A stretch of DNA of 64,000 bases from assembly GCA_039000425.1 (NCBI GenBank), contig JAWBPV010000001.1, positions 67,240 through 131,239 of the forward strand, given 5' to 3'. The DNA is from Candidatus Aenigmatarchaeota archaeon. GTDB lineage: Archaea > Aenigmatarchaeota > Aenigmatarchaeia > CG10238-14 > SCSR01. Below are positions 55,216-64,000 of the stretch, piece by piece; position 1 is the first letter of the stretch, and each line of letters starts with the position of its first letter. The notes under the pieces are model-generated. The model was given only the letters and a program-made list of their open reading frames with translations. It was not told the origin of the DNA and ran no database searches. The translations under genes and the position numbers were made by a program.

Positions 55216-56218
55216 CTTTCCCGGTTTTATATGATTTTATAGCTTTTGTGGCAATTTCCAAAGCTTTTAGAGCATCTTTCCCATCTACAGGAACAACTCT
55301 ATCGAATTTTACAGCATCTACGAAACTTCTAAGTTCTATTTTCAAAGGTTCTACATTTTCTTCTTGTAGAATTTTCACTTTCGGTTCAAACTTTCTGATG
55401 AACTCTTGATAATCTTGCCACGTAAACCCGTTTTTAGTTTCTAAAAAACTTTCCGTTATCTCTATTTTTTGTTGAAGTGTATAAACTTTGCAACAATTTT
55501 TAGAGCCAATTAAAGTTATTTCTCTAACTTTTGTGGGTGAGATCCAACTAACTTCTATTTTCCCGATTGTATTGTTTTTGAAGTTTAGAATTATGTTTGC
55601 ATGATCTTCAAATTCAGGGTTTGGCACAAATTTGTGGAAAGCAACAGCATAAATACTTCTTAATTTCTGATTGAGAAGGAAATTTATTAAATCGATGTCA
55701 TGAATTCCCAAATCAATTATAACACCACAATCCCTTATCCTAGGGTGATATATTGAAAGTCTTTTTAATTCTATTGAGAAGATTTCGCCAAATTCCCTTT
55801 TTTCGATCAATTCTTTCAATTTCATTATAACAGGATTAAATCTTTCTACATGACCTACCATTAACTTTACTCTATTTTTTTTAGCAACTTTTAAAATTTC
55901 TTTTGCGCTTCTCAAATCATAAGAAATTGGTTTCTCAATCAAGACGTGAATCCCTTTATTCAAAACATCGATTGCAACTTTCTTGTGAAGAGATGTAGGA
56001 ACTGCTATAGAAACGATATCTAAATTTTCTTTCTCAAGCATCTCCTTGTAATCGTTGAAAAATTTACAATTGTATTTTTTTGCAATTTCTGCTTTATTAT
56101 CATCAACATCAGAAACAGCTACAAGATTTACATCTCGAAAATTAAAATAGTGTCTAGCATGATGTTGACCCATGCTGCCTAAACCAATCACACCAGCTTT
56201 AAGTTCACTCAAAAACAC
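55202..56218 (-). CDS. Gfo/Idh/MocA oxidoreductase (WbpB-like 3-dehydrogenase)
   Basis: [26 protein letters not shown]. Confidence 0.9.
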   Translation of the reverse strand: MFLSELKAGVIGLGSMGQHHARHYFNFRDVNLVAVSDVDDNKAEIAKKYNCKFFNDYKEMLEKENLDIVSIAVPTSLHKKVAIDVLNKGIHVLIEKPISYDLRSAKEILKVAKKNRVKLMVGHVERFNPVIMKLKELIEKREFGEIFSIELKRLSIYHPRIRDCGVIIDLGIHDIDLINFLLNQKLRSIYAVAFHKFVPNPEFEDHANIILNFKNNTIGKIEVSWISPTKVREITLIGSKNCCKVYTLQQKIEITESFLETKNGFTWQDYQEFIRKFEPKVKILQEENVEPLKIELRSFVDAVKFDRVVPVDGKDALKALEIATKAIKSYKTGKVIFV

Positions 56219-57489
56219 AACCTCCCTATGGCCAAATATTTTATACCTTTTTTCTTTATTTTTTCAGGGTCTAAGAAACTTTTACCATCAAACACAAATT
56301 TCAAATTTTTAGGAAAGTCTAAACTCTTGTATCTTTCGTGGTCAGTAGCTATAATTATCCCGTCTAGTTTATTCATTTCATCTTCGTTAATATATTTCAC
56401 ACCTGTTTTTAATTCTAGCTCTTCTTTTGTGTAATATGGGTCGTTAATAAATACTTTTACACCTTCTCTTTTCAATATTTTTATTATTTCATAAGTTGGT
56501 GAAAATCTATCTTCTCTTACATCCCCCCTATAACTCAAGCCAAAAATTCCTATCTTCTTTCCTTTTAAACTACCAAAAAATCTTTTGATTATATTGATTG
56601 AATATCTTGGAAGGTTTTCATTTATTTTAATACTAGCTTCAAGAAGTTTCTGATCTTTGAAATTATTAAAAATGAAATATGGATAAACAGGAACACAATG
56701 TCCACCAACACCTATTGTTGGTTTGTGTAAGTGGTAATATTTAATTAAATTGGTCTTTTCCATAACTTCAATGAAGTCGATATCAAAATTTTCACAAATT
56801 CTCGCAATTTCTGCTGCTAAAGCTATGTTGACATATCTATAAATACCGGCTCCAGCTAGCTTTATTAATTCAGCAGTCTCGCAATTCCTAACGATAATCA
56901 CCCCTTTCTTATTTATTTTTTCATAAATAGCTTTAGCTTTTTCGGCAGATTCTTGATTTACACCTCCAATTATCTGCTCGTAATTTTCTGTTAGATCTTT
57001 AATCACATGTGGATTCATAGCTTGTTCAGGAGCATAGACAAGATAGAAATCTTCACCAGCTTTAAGACCAGATTTTTTCTCAAGAATTTTACCTACGACA
57101 TTTCTTGTTCCACCAATTGGCATTGTAGTCGAAACTATAACTAAATCACCTTTTTTCAAATTTTTACCTATCACTTCAGAAACTGAAACTATATTAGAAA
57201 AATCGAGTTTTTTGTTTTTGTTTATAATTAAAGGAGTTATTATTATCTTAACATCAGAATTTTTTGCTGCATGTTCTAAATCAACAGTAGCTTCTATTTT
57301 CTTTTCCTTCACGTATTTCCTTAATAATTCTGGAACAAACTCTTCATTTTTTAACGGACATTCACCCTTGTTTATTTGATTAATTTTTTCCTTGTCTATA
57401 TCAGCAGCTATAACTTTTCCTATAGAAGCAAAAATACAAGTCAAAGGCAGGCCTATGTTTCCTAGACCGAAAATTGAAAATATCAACAT
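56209..57489 (-). CDS. Nucleotide-sugar 6-dehydrogenase (WbpA/WecC-like)
   Basis: GLGNIGLP, VSTTMPIG, GVGGHCVP, GLSYRGDVREDRFSP, ATDH. Confidence 0.9.
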   Translation of the reverse strand: MLIFSIFGLGNIGLPLTCIFASIGKVIAADIDKEKINQINKGECPLKNEEFVPELLRKYVKEKKIEATVDLEHAAKNSDVKIIITPLIINKNKKLDFSNIVSVSEVIGKNLKKGDLVIVSTTMPIGGTRNVVGKILEKKSGLKAGEDFYLVYAPEQAMNPHVIKDLTENYEQIIGGVNQESAEKAKAIYEKINKKGVIIVRNCETAELIKLAGAGIYRYVNIALAAEIARICENFDIDFIEVMEKTNLIKYYHLHKPTIGVGGHCVPVYPYFIFNNFKDQKLLEASIKINENLPRYSINIIKRFFGSLKGKKIGIFGLSYRGDVREDRFSPTYEIIKILKREGVKVFINDPYYTKEELELKTGVKYINEDEMNKLDGIIIATDHERYKSLDFPKNLKFVFDGKSFLDPEKIKKKGIKYLAIGRLCF

Positions 57490-57538
57490 TTAATATCAAC
57501 TACTAATTATTTGTATATTAAATTAAAAATTTAAAGTG

Positions 57539-58537
57539 TCATAAAATTTGTTTATACAGTCTTATAATTTTTTTGGCATTTTTTATGGAATCATGATTTT
57601 CTATTACAAATTTAATACTTTTTCTACCTAATTTCTCTCTTAATTTTTCGTCTTCCACTAAAATTCTCAATTTTTCATATAAATTTCTAGGATTGACATT
57701 AACTATCGGTAAATTTTTCATATGTTTTTCTAAATCTTTTCTTATGTACGCACAAGTTGGAATACCAAGAGCCATAGATTCTATAGCAAAAACACCATAC
57801 CACCCAATTATTAATTGATCTACAGATATATCTGCGTGTTGAAGAAATTCTTTCACTTTTATGTTTGGGGTATTTTCTAATATAAGCAGTTTTACATTAT
57901 ACCCTTCTTTTTTTAGCTTTTCAACTGCAGATTCTATATACACAGTCCCCTTAACTAACCTATCACTAGCCGAGTGTAATATCTTTATTGTTTCGTCTTC
58001 TTTAATTTTTTTTCTATCTTGTTTCCATTTTTCTATATCTATAGAATTGTTAATCCATACAGCATCAGGTAATTCGTCTAAGAGGTCAGGAGTAGAAACT
58101 ATAATTAAATCAGAGAGTTTTTTTGCATTTTTAATTAAACTCAATTTAGAACTTTTGCTCATTTTTTGACAAAATGAGCAACTACCATGTTCTTTTAATC
58201 TTACTTCACACCCATGAAAGTGAAATACAATTTTCTTTCCAATTTTTTTTGCAGCAAATGCGTCATAGTTTTTTGGTAAAATACTTTTTGTATGAAAATG
58301 AAATATGTCATAATTTTTTAAAGCATTTAGTAAAAAAGTAGGTGTTTTTAGGAAGCCAACTAAATACATTGATGTCTTAGAAAAATTTTCCAAACAAAAG
58401 TTATACTCATATTTGTAATTATAGTACTTACTACTTTTATAAACCATTACATCACTTTTTATTCCATATTTTCTTTGGGCTCTTGATATTACCCACGCCT
58501 GCCCAGCTACATCAGTAGGACAATGTAACACTTTCAT
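57539..58537 (-). CDS. GT4 glycosyltransferase
   Basis: HFHGCEVR, VSTPDL, KGT, DQLIIGWYGVFAIESMALG. Confidence 0.88.
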   Translation of the reverse strand: MKVLHCPTDVAGQAWVISRAQRKYGIKSDVMVYKSSKYYNYKYEYNFCLENFSKTSMYLVGFLKTPTFLLNALKNYDIFHFHTKSILPKNYDAFAAKKIGKKIVFHFHGCEVRLKEHGSCSFCQKMSKSSKLSLIKNAKKLSDLIIVSTPDLLDELPDAVWINNSIDIEKWKQDRKKIKEDETIKILHSASDRLVKGTVYIESAVEKLKKEGYNVKLLILENTPNIKVKEFLQHADISVDQLIIGWYGVFAIESMALGIPTCAYIRKDLEKHMKNLPIVNVNPRNLYEKLRILVEDEKLREKLGRKSIKFVIENHDSIKNAKKIIRLYKQIL

Positions 58538-58541
58538 TCAA

Positions 58542-60389
58542 TCACCAGTTGGATAGATTATTTCTGCAATTTTCACTAATAAAAATTCTAAACCAAAACT
58601 CTAAAATTAAAATCCTCCAAAAAATCCTAGCGTATTCTTCACCAAGTTTTCCTTCACAGAATTCCTTGAATTTTTTCACAATTTCTTCTTGATTGAAATA
58701 TTTTCTACTTTTAAATTCTTTTGAAAGAAAAATTTTCATTATCTTATCTTTTAATTCTATCAACCACTTTTTTTCAGGCACAGCAAATCCTATTTTACTT
58801 CTTCTCCATCTGATTTTTTCCGGTACCACCCCTTTAACAGCTTTTCTTAAAATATATTTTGTCCAACCGTTTTTTATTCTCATCGAAATAGGTAAAGAAA
58901 AAATATACTCAACAATCCTGTGATCAAGAAAAGGTACCCTAGCTTCTATTGAAAAGGCTGAAGAATTTCTATCTTCATACCTTAAAAGTCTTGGAAGGCT
59001 GGTTTTAGTTATTTCTAACCGCAAGAATTCAGCCAAATCATCACCAACCCACTTACTTTTAACTATATTTTCATACTTTTTTACAAAATTTTCATCAAGC
59101 ATTTTTTTTATTTCATTTTCAACCTTTTTCTGTGAAAAATATTTAAAAACAAAAGGTAGGGTTAAATCTAAACTTAACAAGAACTCTTTCAAAAGTTGAA
59201 AATACTTCTTTTCTTTCAACAAGTTTCTGAAGTAAATTCCATAGTAAGGTATATAACCAGCAAAAATTTCATCCCCACCTTGACCATCAAGCAAAACTTT
59301 AACTTTTTTACTCGCCAATTTCATGACTTCCCATTGAGCATATATGCTTGGACCTAAAAAAGGCTCATCCTGAAAATAAACAATCTTTTTCAAATCTTTC
59401 CACAATCTTTTAGAAGAAGGAAAAGTGTAGTTTTTTTCCACCATCGTGAATTTTATTATTTCTTCAATATATTTTCTTTCATCAATTTTTTTATCATCAT
59501 AAACTGCCGAAAAAGTTTTTTGCATTTTACCAATAACTTTGACAAGATTGGCATTCTTTTTCAAAAGTTTATTGATAATACAAACTATCACAGAAGAATC
59601 TATACCTCCACTCAAACAAGTCCCAACGGGAACTTCGCTTATCAAATGTTTTTTTATGCTGTCTTCTAAAAGATTGTAAAGTTGTTTTGTTATTTCATCT
59701 TCATTTTTAAAATTTTTGCTTTTCTTAACTTTTAGTTTCCAATATCTCTTTATTTTTATTCTTTTTTCGTTTACAATCATGAAATGTGCAGGTAACAATC
59801 TTTTAATACCTTCAAAAAAAGTTTCTTCTTCATCGTCATTAAAGCCGTAAACTAAAAATTTGAAAATTGATTTTTCATTTGGCATTATTCGAATAGATTT
59901 ATCTTGCAAAACCGCTTTTATCTCAGAAGCAAAAATGAATTTTTCCCCATCCAGATAATAATAAAGTGGTTTTATACCAAATCTATCTCTAGCTAAAAAC
60001 AACATCCTTTTTCTTTTATCCCAAATAGCAAAAGCAAACATCCCATTTAATTTTTCTAAGCAGTTTACATCCCATTCTTCATAAGCATGAACAATTGTTT
60101 CGGTATCACTTTTTGTATAGAAATTGTGACCAAGTTTTATCAATTCTTCTCTTAACTCAAGGAAGTTGTAAATTTCTCCATTGCTTACTATCCAAATATC
60201 TTTTTTTTCATTGTGGATAGGTTGTCTACCAAATTTTATATCTATGATGGAAAGCCTTGTATTACCAAGAGCTATATTTTTATCAAAGAATATTCCTTCA
60301 TCATCAGGACCACGATGCTTTAAAGTTTTGAGCATTTTTTTAAGTAAAAATTTATTACCAATTCCAAAGTAACCAGCTATACCACACAT
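58542..60389 (-). CDS. asnB: Asparagine synthase-like glutamine amidotransferase (probably sugar amidation)
   Basis: N-terminal MCGIAG, HRGPD, NGEIYN, RDRFGIKPLY, LSGGIDSS, GQGGDE, EARVPFLD. Confidence 0.92.
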   Translation of the reverse strand: MCGIAGYFGIGNKFLLKKMLKTLKHRGPDDEGIFFDKNIALGNTRLSIIDIKFGRQPIHNEKKDIWIVSNGEIYNFLELREELIKLGHNFYTKSDTETIVHAYEEWDVNCLEKLNGMFAFAIWDKRKRMLFLARDRFGIKPLYYYLDGEKFIFASEIKAVLQDKSIRIMPNEKSIFKFLVYGFNDDEEETFFEGIKRLLPAHFMIVNEKRIKIKRYWKLKVKKSKNFKNEDEITKQLYNLLEDSIKKHLISEVPVGTCLSGGIDSSVIVCIINKLLKKNANLVKVIGKMQKTFSAVYDDKKIDERKYIEEIIKFTMVEKNYTFPSSKRLWKDLKKIVYFQDEPFLGPSIYAQWEVMKLASKKVKVLLDGQGGDEIFAGYIPYYGIYFRNLLKEKKYFQLLKEFLLSLDLTLPFVFKYFSQKKVENEIKKMLDENFVKKYENIVKSKWVGDDLAEFLRLEITKTSLPRLLRYEDRNSSAFSIEARVPFLDHRIVEYIFSLPISMRIKNGWTKYILRKAVKGVVPEKIRWRRSKIGFAVPEKKWLIELKDKIMKIFLSKEFKSRKYFNQEEIVKKFKEFCEGKLGEEYARIFWRILILEFWFRIFISENCRNNLSNW

Positions 60390-60394
60390 AAATA

Positions 60395-61534
60395 CTAAAC
60401 CCTTAATTCTTTTCTCAATATTTTGATAATTCTTTCAGTTGCTTTACCATCCCCTAGAGGATATGTGGTTTTCTTCACTTTTTTATAAAAACTACCTCTG
60501 TTTTTTATTTCTTGAAGCAATTTTAAGGTCTTATTTACGTCAAATCCTGTAGCTTTAATAATTCCCATATCTTCGAATTCTTTCCAAACATTTATTCTTC
60601 CAAGGAAAATACAAGGTACTTTTAAAATAAGAGCTTCTTGTTGAACACCCCCACTATCAGTTAAAATTGCCTCACTGTTCTTAACTAAATTTAAAAAATC
60701 TACATAATTATAAGGGTCAGATAAAATAATGTTTTGGTGTTTTTTCAATTCTTCTAAAAGTCCAAATCGATTTAGTTTATCTTTAGTATTAGGATTTGCA
60801 ATAAATATGACTTTAAAGGGAGATTTTACTAATATTTCAACTAGTTTCTTCATTTTATTTCTATTATTTATATTCTCAAAATGTAAGACATTCACAACAA
60901 TATACTTTTCTATTTTCTTCTTTTTTCTTAATTTAAATTTTTTTAATACATAATTAACAATTTCGACATGAGGATCTCCAACATTAAATATTTTCCCTTT
61001 GATTTTTTCTTTTTTTAAATTATTTTCAGCAACTTTACTCGGCACAAACAATATATCCGCAAATCTGTCTCCAATTATCTCGCTTAATTCTCCTAGAAAC
61101 GGTTCAAAAATATTATGGACTCTTATTCCAGATTCTCTATGGATTAAAAATATTTTTTTTTGAACTGTTTTTGCCGCAAAAACAGTTATAGGAACACTCA
61201 TACAATTTCCTTGATAAAAAATGGCATCAGGCTTCTCTTTAATAATAGCTCTTCTTATTCCTAAAAAAGTTTTCATAAGCCAAAGGATCGCTAATAAAAT
61301 TGAACATATTTTACCCTTTCTTACCCACCTTTCTCTTAATGACTTCCCAAGGTATATATCTGGTTCAGGCAAATTTAATAGTTTTATTAAATTTTTTGTT
61401 TCATGTTGTCCTGTATGTAAAATTTTAATGTTAAAATTTTTTTTTCTTTTTAATTCTCTAATTATTGAAGAGAATTTTATTACTTCAGATCGTGTTCCTA
61501 TTACTATAATTATTTTCTTCTTCATGTTTGACAT
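60395..61534 (-). CDS. UDP-GlcNAc 2-epimerase family protein (WbpI/WecB-like)
   Basis: GTRSEVIK, HTGQH, ESGIR, TDSGGVQQEA, GDGKATERI. Confidence 0.88.
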   Translation of the reverse strand: MSNMKKKIIIVIGTRSEVIKFSSIIRELKRKKNFNIKILHTGQHETKNLIKLLNLPEPDIYLGKSLRERWVRKGKICSILLAILWLMKTFLGIRRAIIKEKPDAIFYQGNCMSVPITVFAAKTVQKKIFLIHRESGIRVHNIFEPFLGELSEIIGDRFADILFVPSKVAENNLKKEKIKGKIFNVGDPHVEIVNYVLKKFKLRKKKKIEKYIVVNVLHFENINNRNKMKKLVEILVKSPFKVIFIANPNTKDKLNRFGLLEELKKHQNIILSDPYNYVDFLNLVKNSEAILTDSGGVQQEALILKVPCIFLGRINVWKEFEDMGIIKATGFDVNKTLKLLQEIKNRGSFYKKVKKTTYPLGDGKATERIIKILRKELRV

Positions 61535-61564
61535 TTATAAAGTAAAAATATTAACTATTTAATT

Positions 61565-62527
61565 ATGTTGGGCATACTTTTGTTTATATTATCTTTTTCA
61601 TTAACATTTATTTTTCTCAAATATTGGATACCACTAGCCAAGAAAAAAGGAATTTTCGGAATAGATGTGCATAAACCAAACAAACCAAAAGTTACAGAAG
61701 CAGGTGGTACTATTTTTCTTTTTTCTATTATAGCTTGTTTGTTAATTTACGGTTTATGGCTAACAATACACAACACCACCCCTGATTTAAAGTTTTTTTC
61801 AATTTTTTCTTCGACTCTGATTGCTGGTTTTTTAGGTCTTCAAGATCAGCTTATAGAAATAAGATGGAGGAACAAACTTATATTTCCTCTAATTATTGCC
61901 ATGCCTTTAGTGATAGCTAGGGTTGGCCATACTATAGTTGATATTCCTTTTTTTGGGCCTATAGATTTTGGCAATATTTACGTTTTCTTTATAATACCTC
62001 TTGGAGTCATAGGTTTCGTAAATATGGTGAATATGTTGGCTGGATATAACGGATTAGAAGCGGGTTTAGGAGCTATTAACGCCACCTGGTTTTTGATTGT
62101 AAGTTATTTAGTAGGAAATGAGTTGACTTTCTTTACTTCTTTAATACTCTTAGGTTCTTTACTTGCTTTTTTAAAATTCAATTGGTATCCTGCAAAAATC
62201 TTTCCTGGTGATGTAGGCACATTTACAATAGGAACAGTTTTGATAAGTATGGCAATAATAGGAAATATGGAAAAATTTCTTCTAGGTCTTTCTTCCCTTT
62301 ATTTAATTAACTTTTTTTTATTCATATATTGGCAAATTAAACGTAAACCCTATAAAAAATTTGCCGATGTTGATAAAAACGGATACATTAAACCCCCAAA
62401 TCCTTATACAGTTTATTGGTTATTACCGTATTATTTCAAGTTAAAAGAAAAAACAATCGTAAAGATTTTACTTTTACTTCAATTTTTCATAGGATTTTTA
62501 TCTTTCTTATTTTTTATAAAAATATAA
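61565..62527 (+). CDS. MraY/GPT-family polyprenyl-phosphate HexNAc-1-P transferase (AglH/Alg7-like)
   Basis: GIDVHK, NMVNMLAGYNGLEAG, FNWYPAKIFPGDVGT. Confidence 0.92.
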   Translation: MLGILLFILSFSLTFIFLKYWIPLAKKKGIFGIDVHKPNKPKVTEAGGTIFLFSIIACLLIYGLWLTIHNTTPDLKFFSIFSSTLIAGFLGLQDQLIEIRWRNKLIFPLIIAMPLVIARVGHTIVDIPFFGPIDFGNIYVFFIIPLGVIGFVNMVNMLAGYNGLEAGLGAINATWFLIVSYLVGNELTFFTSLILLGSLLAFLKFNWYPAKIFPGDVGTFTIGTVLISMAIIGNMEKFLLGLSSLYLINFFLFIYWQIKRKPYKKFADVDKNGYIKPPNPYTVYWLLPYYFKLKEKTIVKILLLLQFFIGFLSFLFFIKI

Positions 62528-62554
62528 CTAAAGAATAGTTAAAAGAATAGTAAT

Positions 62555-64000
62555 ATGAGTGTAAGTAAAAAATTAATCTCAAACGCTATTTATCTTTTTC
62601 TAGATTGGTTTGTTGTAACTGTTATAGGATTTCTTTATTGGTTTATTGCTGGTAAAACTTTATTGCCAGAAGAATATGGCATAGTGGCAACTTCGACAAA
62701 TTTGGCCATGATTTTGTCAAGTATTAGTTTGTTGGGCTTAAACCTTTCTCTCATGAAACTATTGCCAGAGTACTTAAGTAAAAGACAAAATAATAAAATA
62801 ACATCTCTCATAAAGTTTTCTCTCAAAGTAACAATTTTAACAAATTTAATTATTGTATTATTCCTTATTTTGTTTTCTGACTTAATAGCATTTCTATTAA
62901 AAGTTTCTAAAGAAGTTATTTTGATTTCTGCTACAATTTTGCCAATTATTTCTCTTGTTACACAATTTGGCTCAATCATTTATGGTTTTCAAGAAATGAG
63001 AAAGTTTCTTATTAGCGATACGTTTGGCCAATTTACAAAAGTTTTAACTTCAACTTTATTAATCTTCTTGGGATTTGGTTATTTTGGACCTTTAATAGGA
63101 TTTTTGTTAGGATTTTTGCTTATAGCAATCATAAGATTTAAATTTTCCTTTCCTTACCTTTCTTTTTTTCAACAACCGATAAACAAAAGAGAGATAATGT
63201 TAAATTATGCCCTTCCTGCTTTTTTCTCTTTTCTAGCTTGGACTCTATTTTTGAACGGCCAGTACGTTTTGCTTACTATGTTAAAAAACCCAAAAGTCAC
63301 AGGAATTTTCACCATAGCAATGGTTATAACTTCAATAATAGCTACTTTTCCTTCCATTTTAAATTCAGCTCTATTCCCTATAATTTCTTCTCTTTCTGCT
63401 GATGAGAATTCAAAAGAAAAGCAAAGTCACTTAATTCAAACAGTTTTTAGATATAGTTTGTTCTTATCTTTGCCTGTGGCTACATTTCTTGTTGTATTTT
63501 CAAAACACTTGATTTTAATTTTTTCTAGGCCAGAATATTTAGACGCTTCTTCTTTATTTCCAATTCTAGTTACAGGATCTTTAATTTATGGTCTAGGTAA
63601 TATTTTCCTTTCAAGTTTGTATGCAATAGGAAAAACAAAGATAAACAGAAATATAATAATTCTAACAACTTTTGTTTATCTTTGTTTATCAATATATTTA
63701 ACTTCTTTCTTAGGAGGCTTTGGTATGGCTCTAGCCTATACTTTATCCGTAACTTTTTTGGCATCTCTCAGCTTTTTCTACATTAGAAAATACTTGAAAA
63801 TTAACTTACCAATTAAAAGTACAATTAAGTGTATCGTATCCGTTATTATCTCTTTTTCATTTCTATACACAACAACACATTTTACTACAGATCTTTTAAC
63901 AGGTATCCTATTGGTGATAATCACAGGGATGATTTATATTGAATTCTTGTTTTTACTGAAATTTTATGTCAAAGAAGATGTTAGAATTTTAGAATTTTTA
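62555..64000 (+). CDS. Wzx/RfbX-type oligosaccharide flippase, 3'-truncated by the window edge (not in the ORF track)
   Basis: ATG at 62555: MSVSKKLISNAIYLFLDWF...LLPEEYGIVA; hydrophobic frame appears open to the window end. Confidence 0.85.
   Translation, partial: MSVSKKLISNAIYLFLDWFVVTVIGFLYWFIAGKTLLPEEYGIVATSTNLAMILSSISLLGLNLSLMKLLPEYLSKRQNNKITSLIKFSLKVTILTNLIIVLFLILFSDLIAFLLKVSKEVILISATILPIISLVTQFGSIIYGFQEMRKFLISDTFGQFTKVLTSTLLIFLGFGYFGPLIGFLLGFLLIAIIRFKFSFPYLSFFQQPINKREIMLNYALPAFFSFLAWTLFLNGQYVLLTMLKNPKVTGIFTIAMVITSIIATFPSILNSALFPIISSLSADENSKEKQSHLIQTVFRYSLFLSLPVATFLVVFSKHLILIFSRPEYLDASSLFPILVTGSLIYGLGNIFLSSLYAIGKTKINRNIIILTTFVYLCLSIYLTSFLGGFGMALAYTLSVTFLASLSFFYIRKYLKINLPIKSTIKCIVSVIISFSFLYTTTHFTTDLLTGILLVIITGMIYIEFLFLLKFYVKEDVRILEFL

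Noticed and set aside
751-63764. Many 60-175 aa antisense or alternate-frame ORFs in the ORF track (e.g. 1070-1453, 29536-29883, 62635-62979)
   Set aside because: They are shadows of well-supported genes and have no recognisable motifs.

Overview
A 64-kb, AT-rich, gene-dense piece of an archaeal chromosome. The archaeal-type translation, transcription and replication genes, short multi-intron tRNAs and divergent housekeeping proteins suggest a DPANN lineage, possibly Aenigmarchaeota-like (inference). Most of it is core content: the rpoA''-L30e-nusA-S12-S7-EF2-EF1a-S10 cluster, S13-S4-S11-rpoD, ftsZ-secE-spt5-L11-L1-P0-P1, gltX, fibrillarin/Nop5, Hel308, Kae1, DnaG, Hjc and XerA. From about 51.8 kb to the end is a surface-glycan cluster (WbpA/B/E/D/I-like genes, an AsnB-like amidotransferase, a GPT/AglH-like transferase and flippases). 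Main points of interest: (1) a second PolB with a PolD-DP2-like C-terminal zinc finger, encoded directly after an apparently catalytically dead DP1/B-subunit homolog, which resembles the eukaryotic Pol alpha/delta/epsilon two-subunit layout; it follows two wHTH genes that flank a 28-bp direct repeat; (2) an ~800-bp AT-rich non-coding region with repeated boxes and a dif-like site, next to wHTH and Zn-finger genes and a predicted amphipathic-helix/coiled-coil/wHTH protein, 1.5 kb from xerA; (3) all three tRNA genes appear to carry at least two introns, with non-canonical positions; (4) substitutions in near-universal motifs of EF-2 and uS12. No rRNA, CRISPR array or transposase was seen. All calls come from reading motifs by eye, with no database searches.
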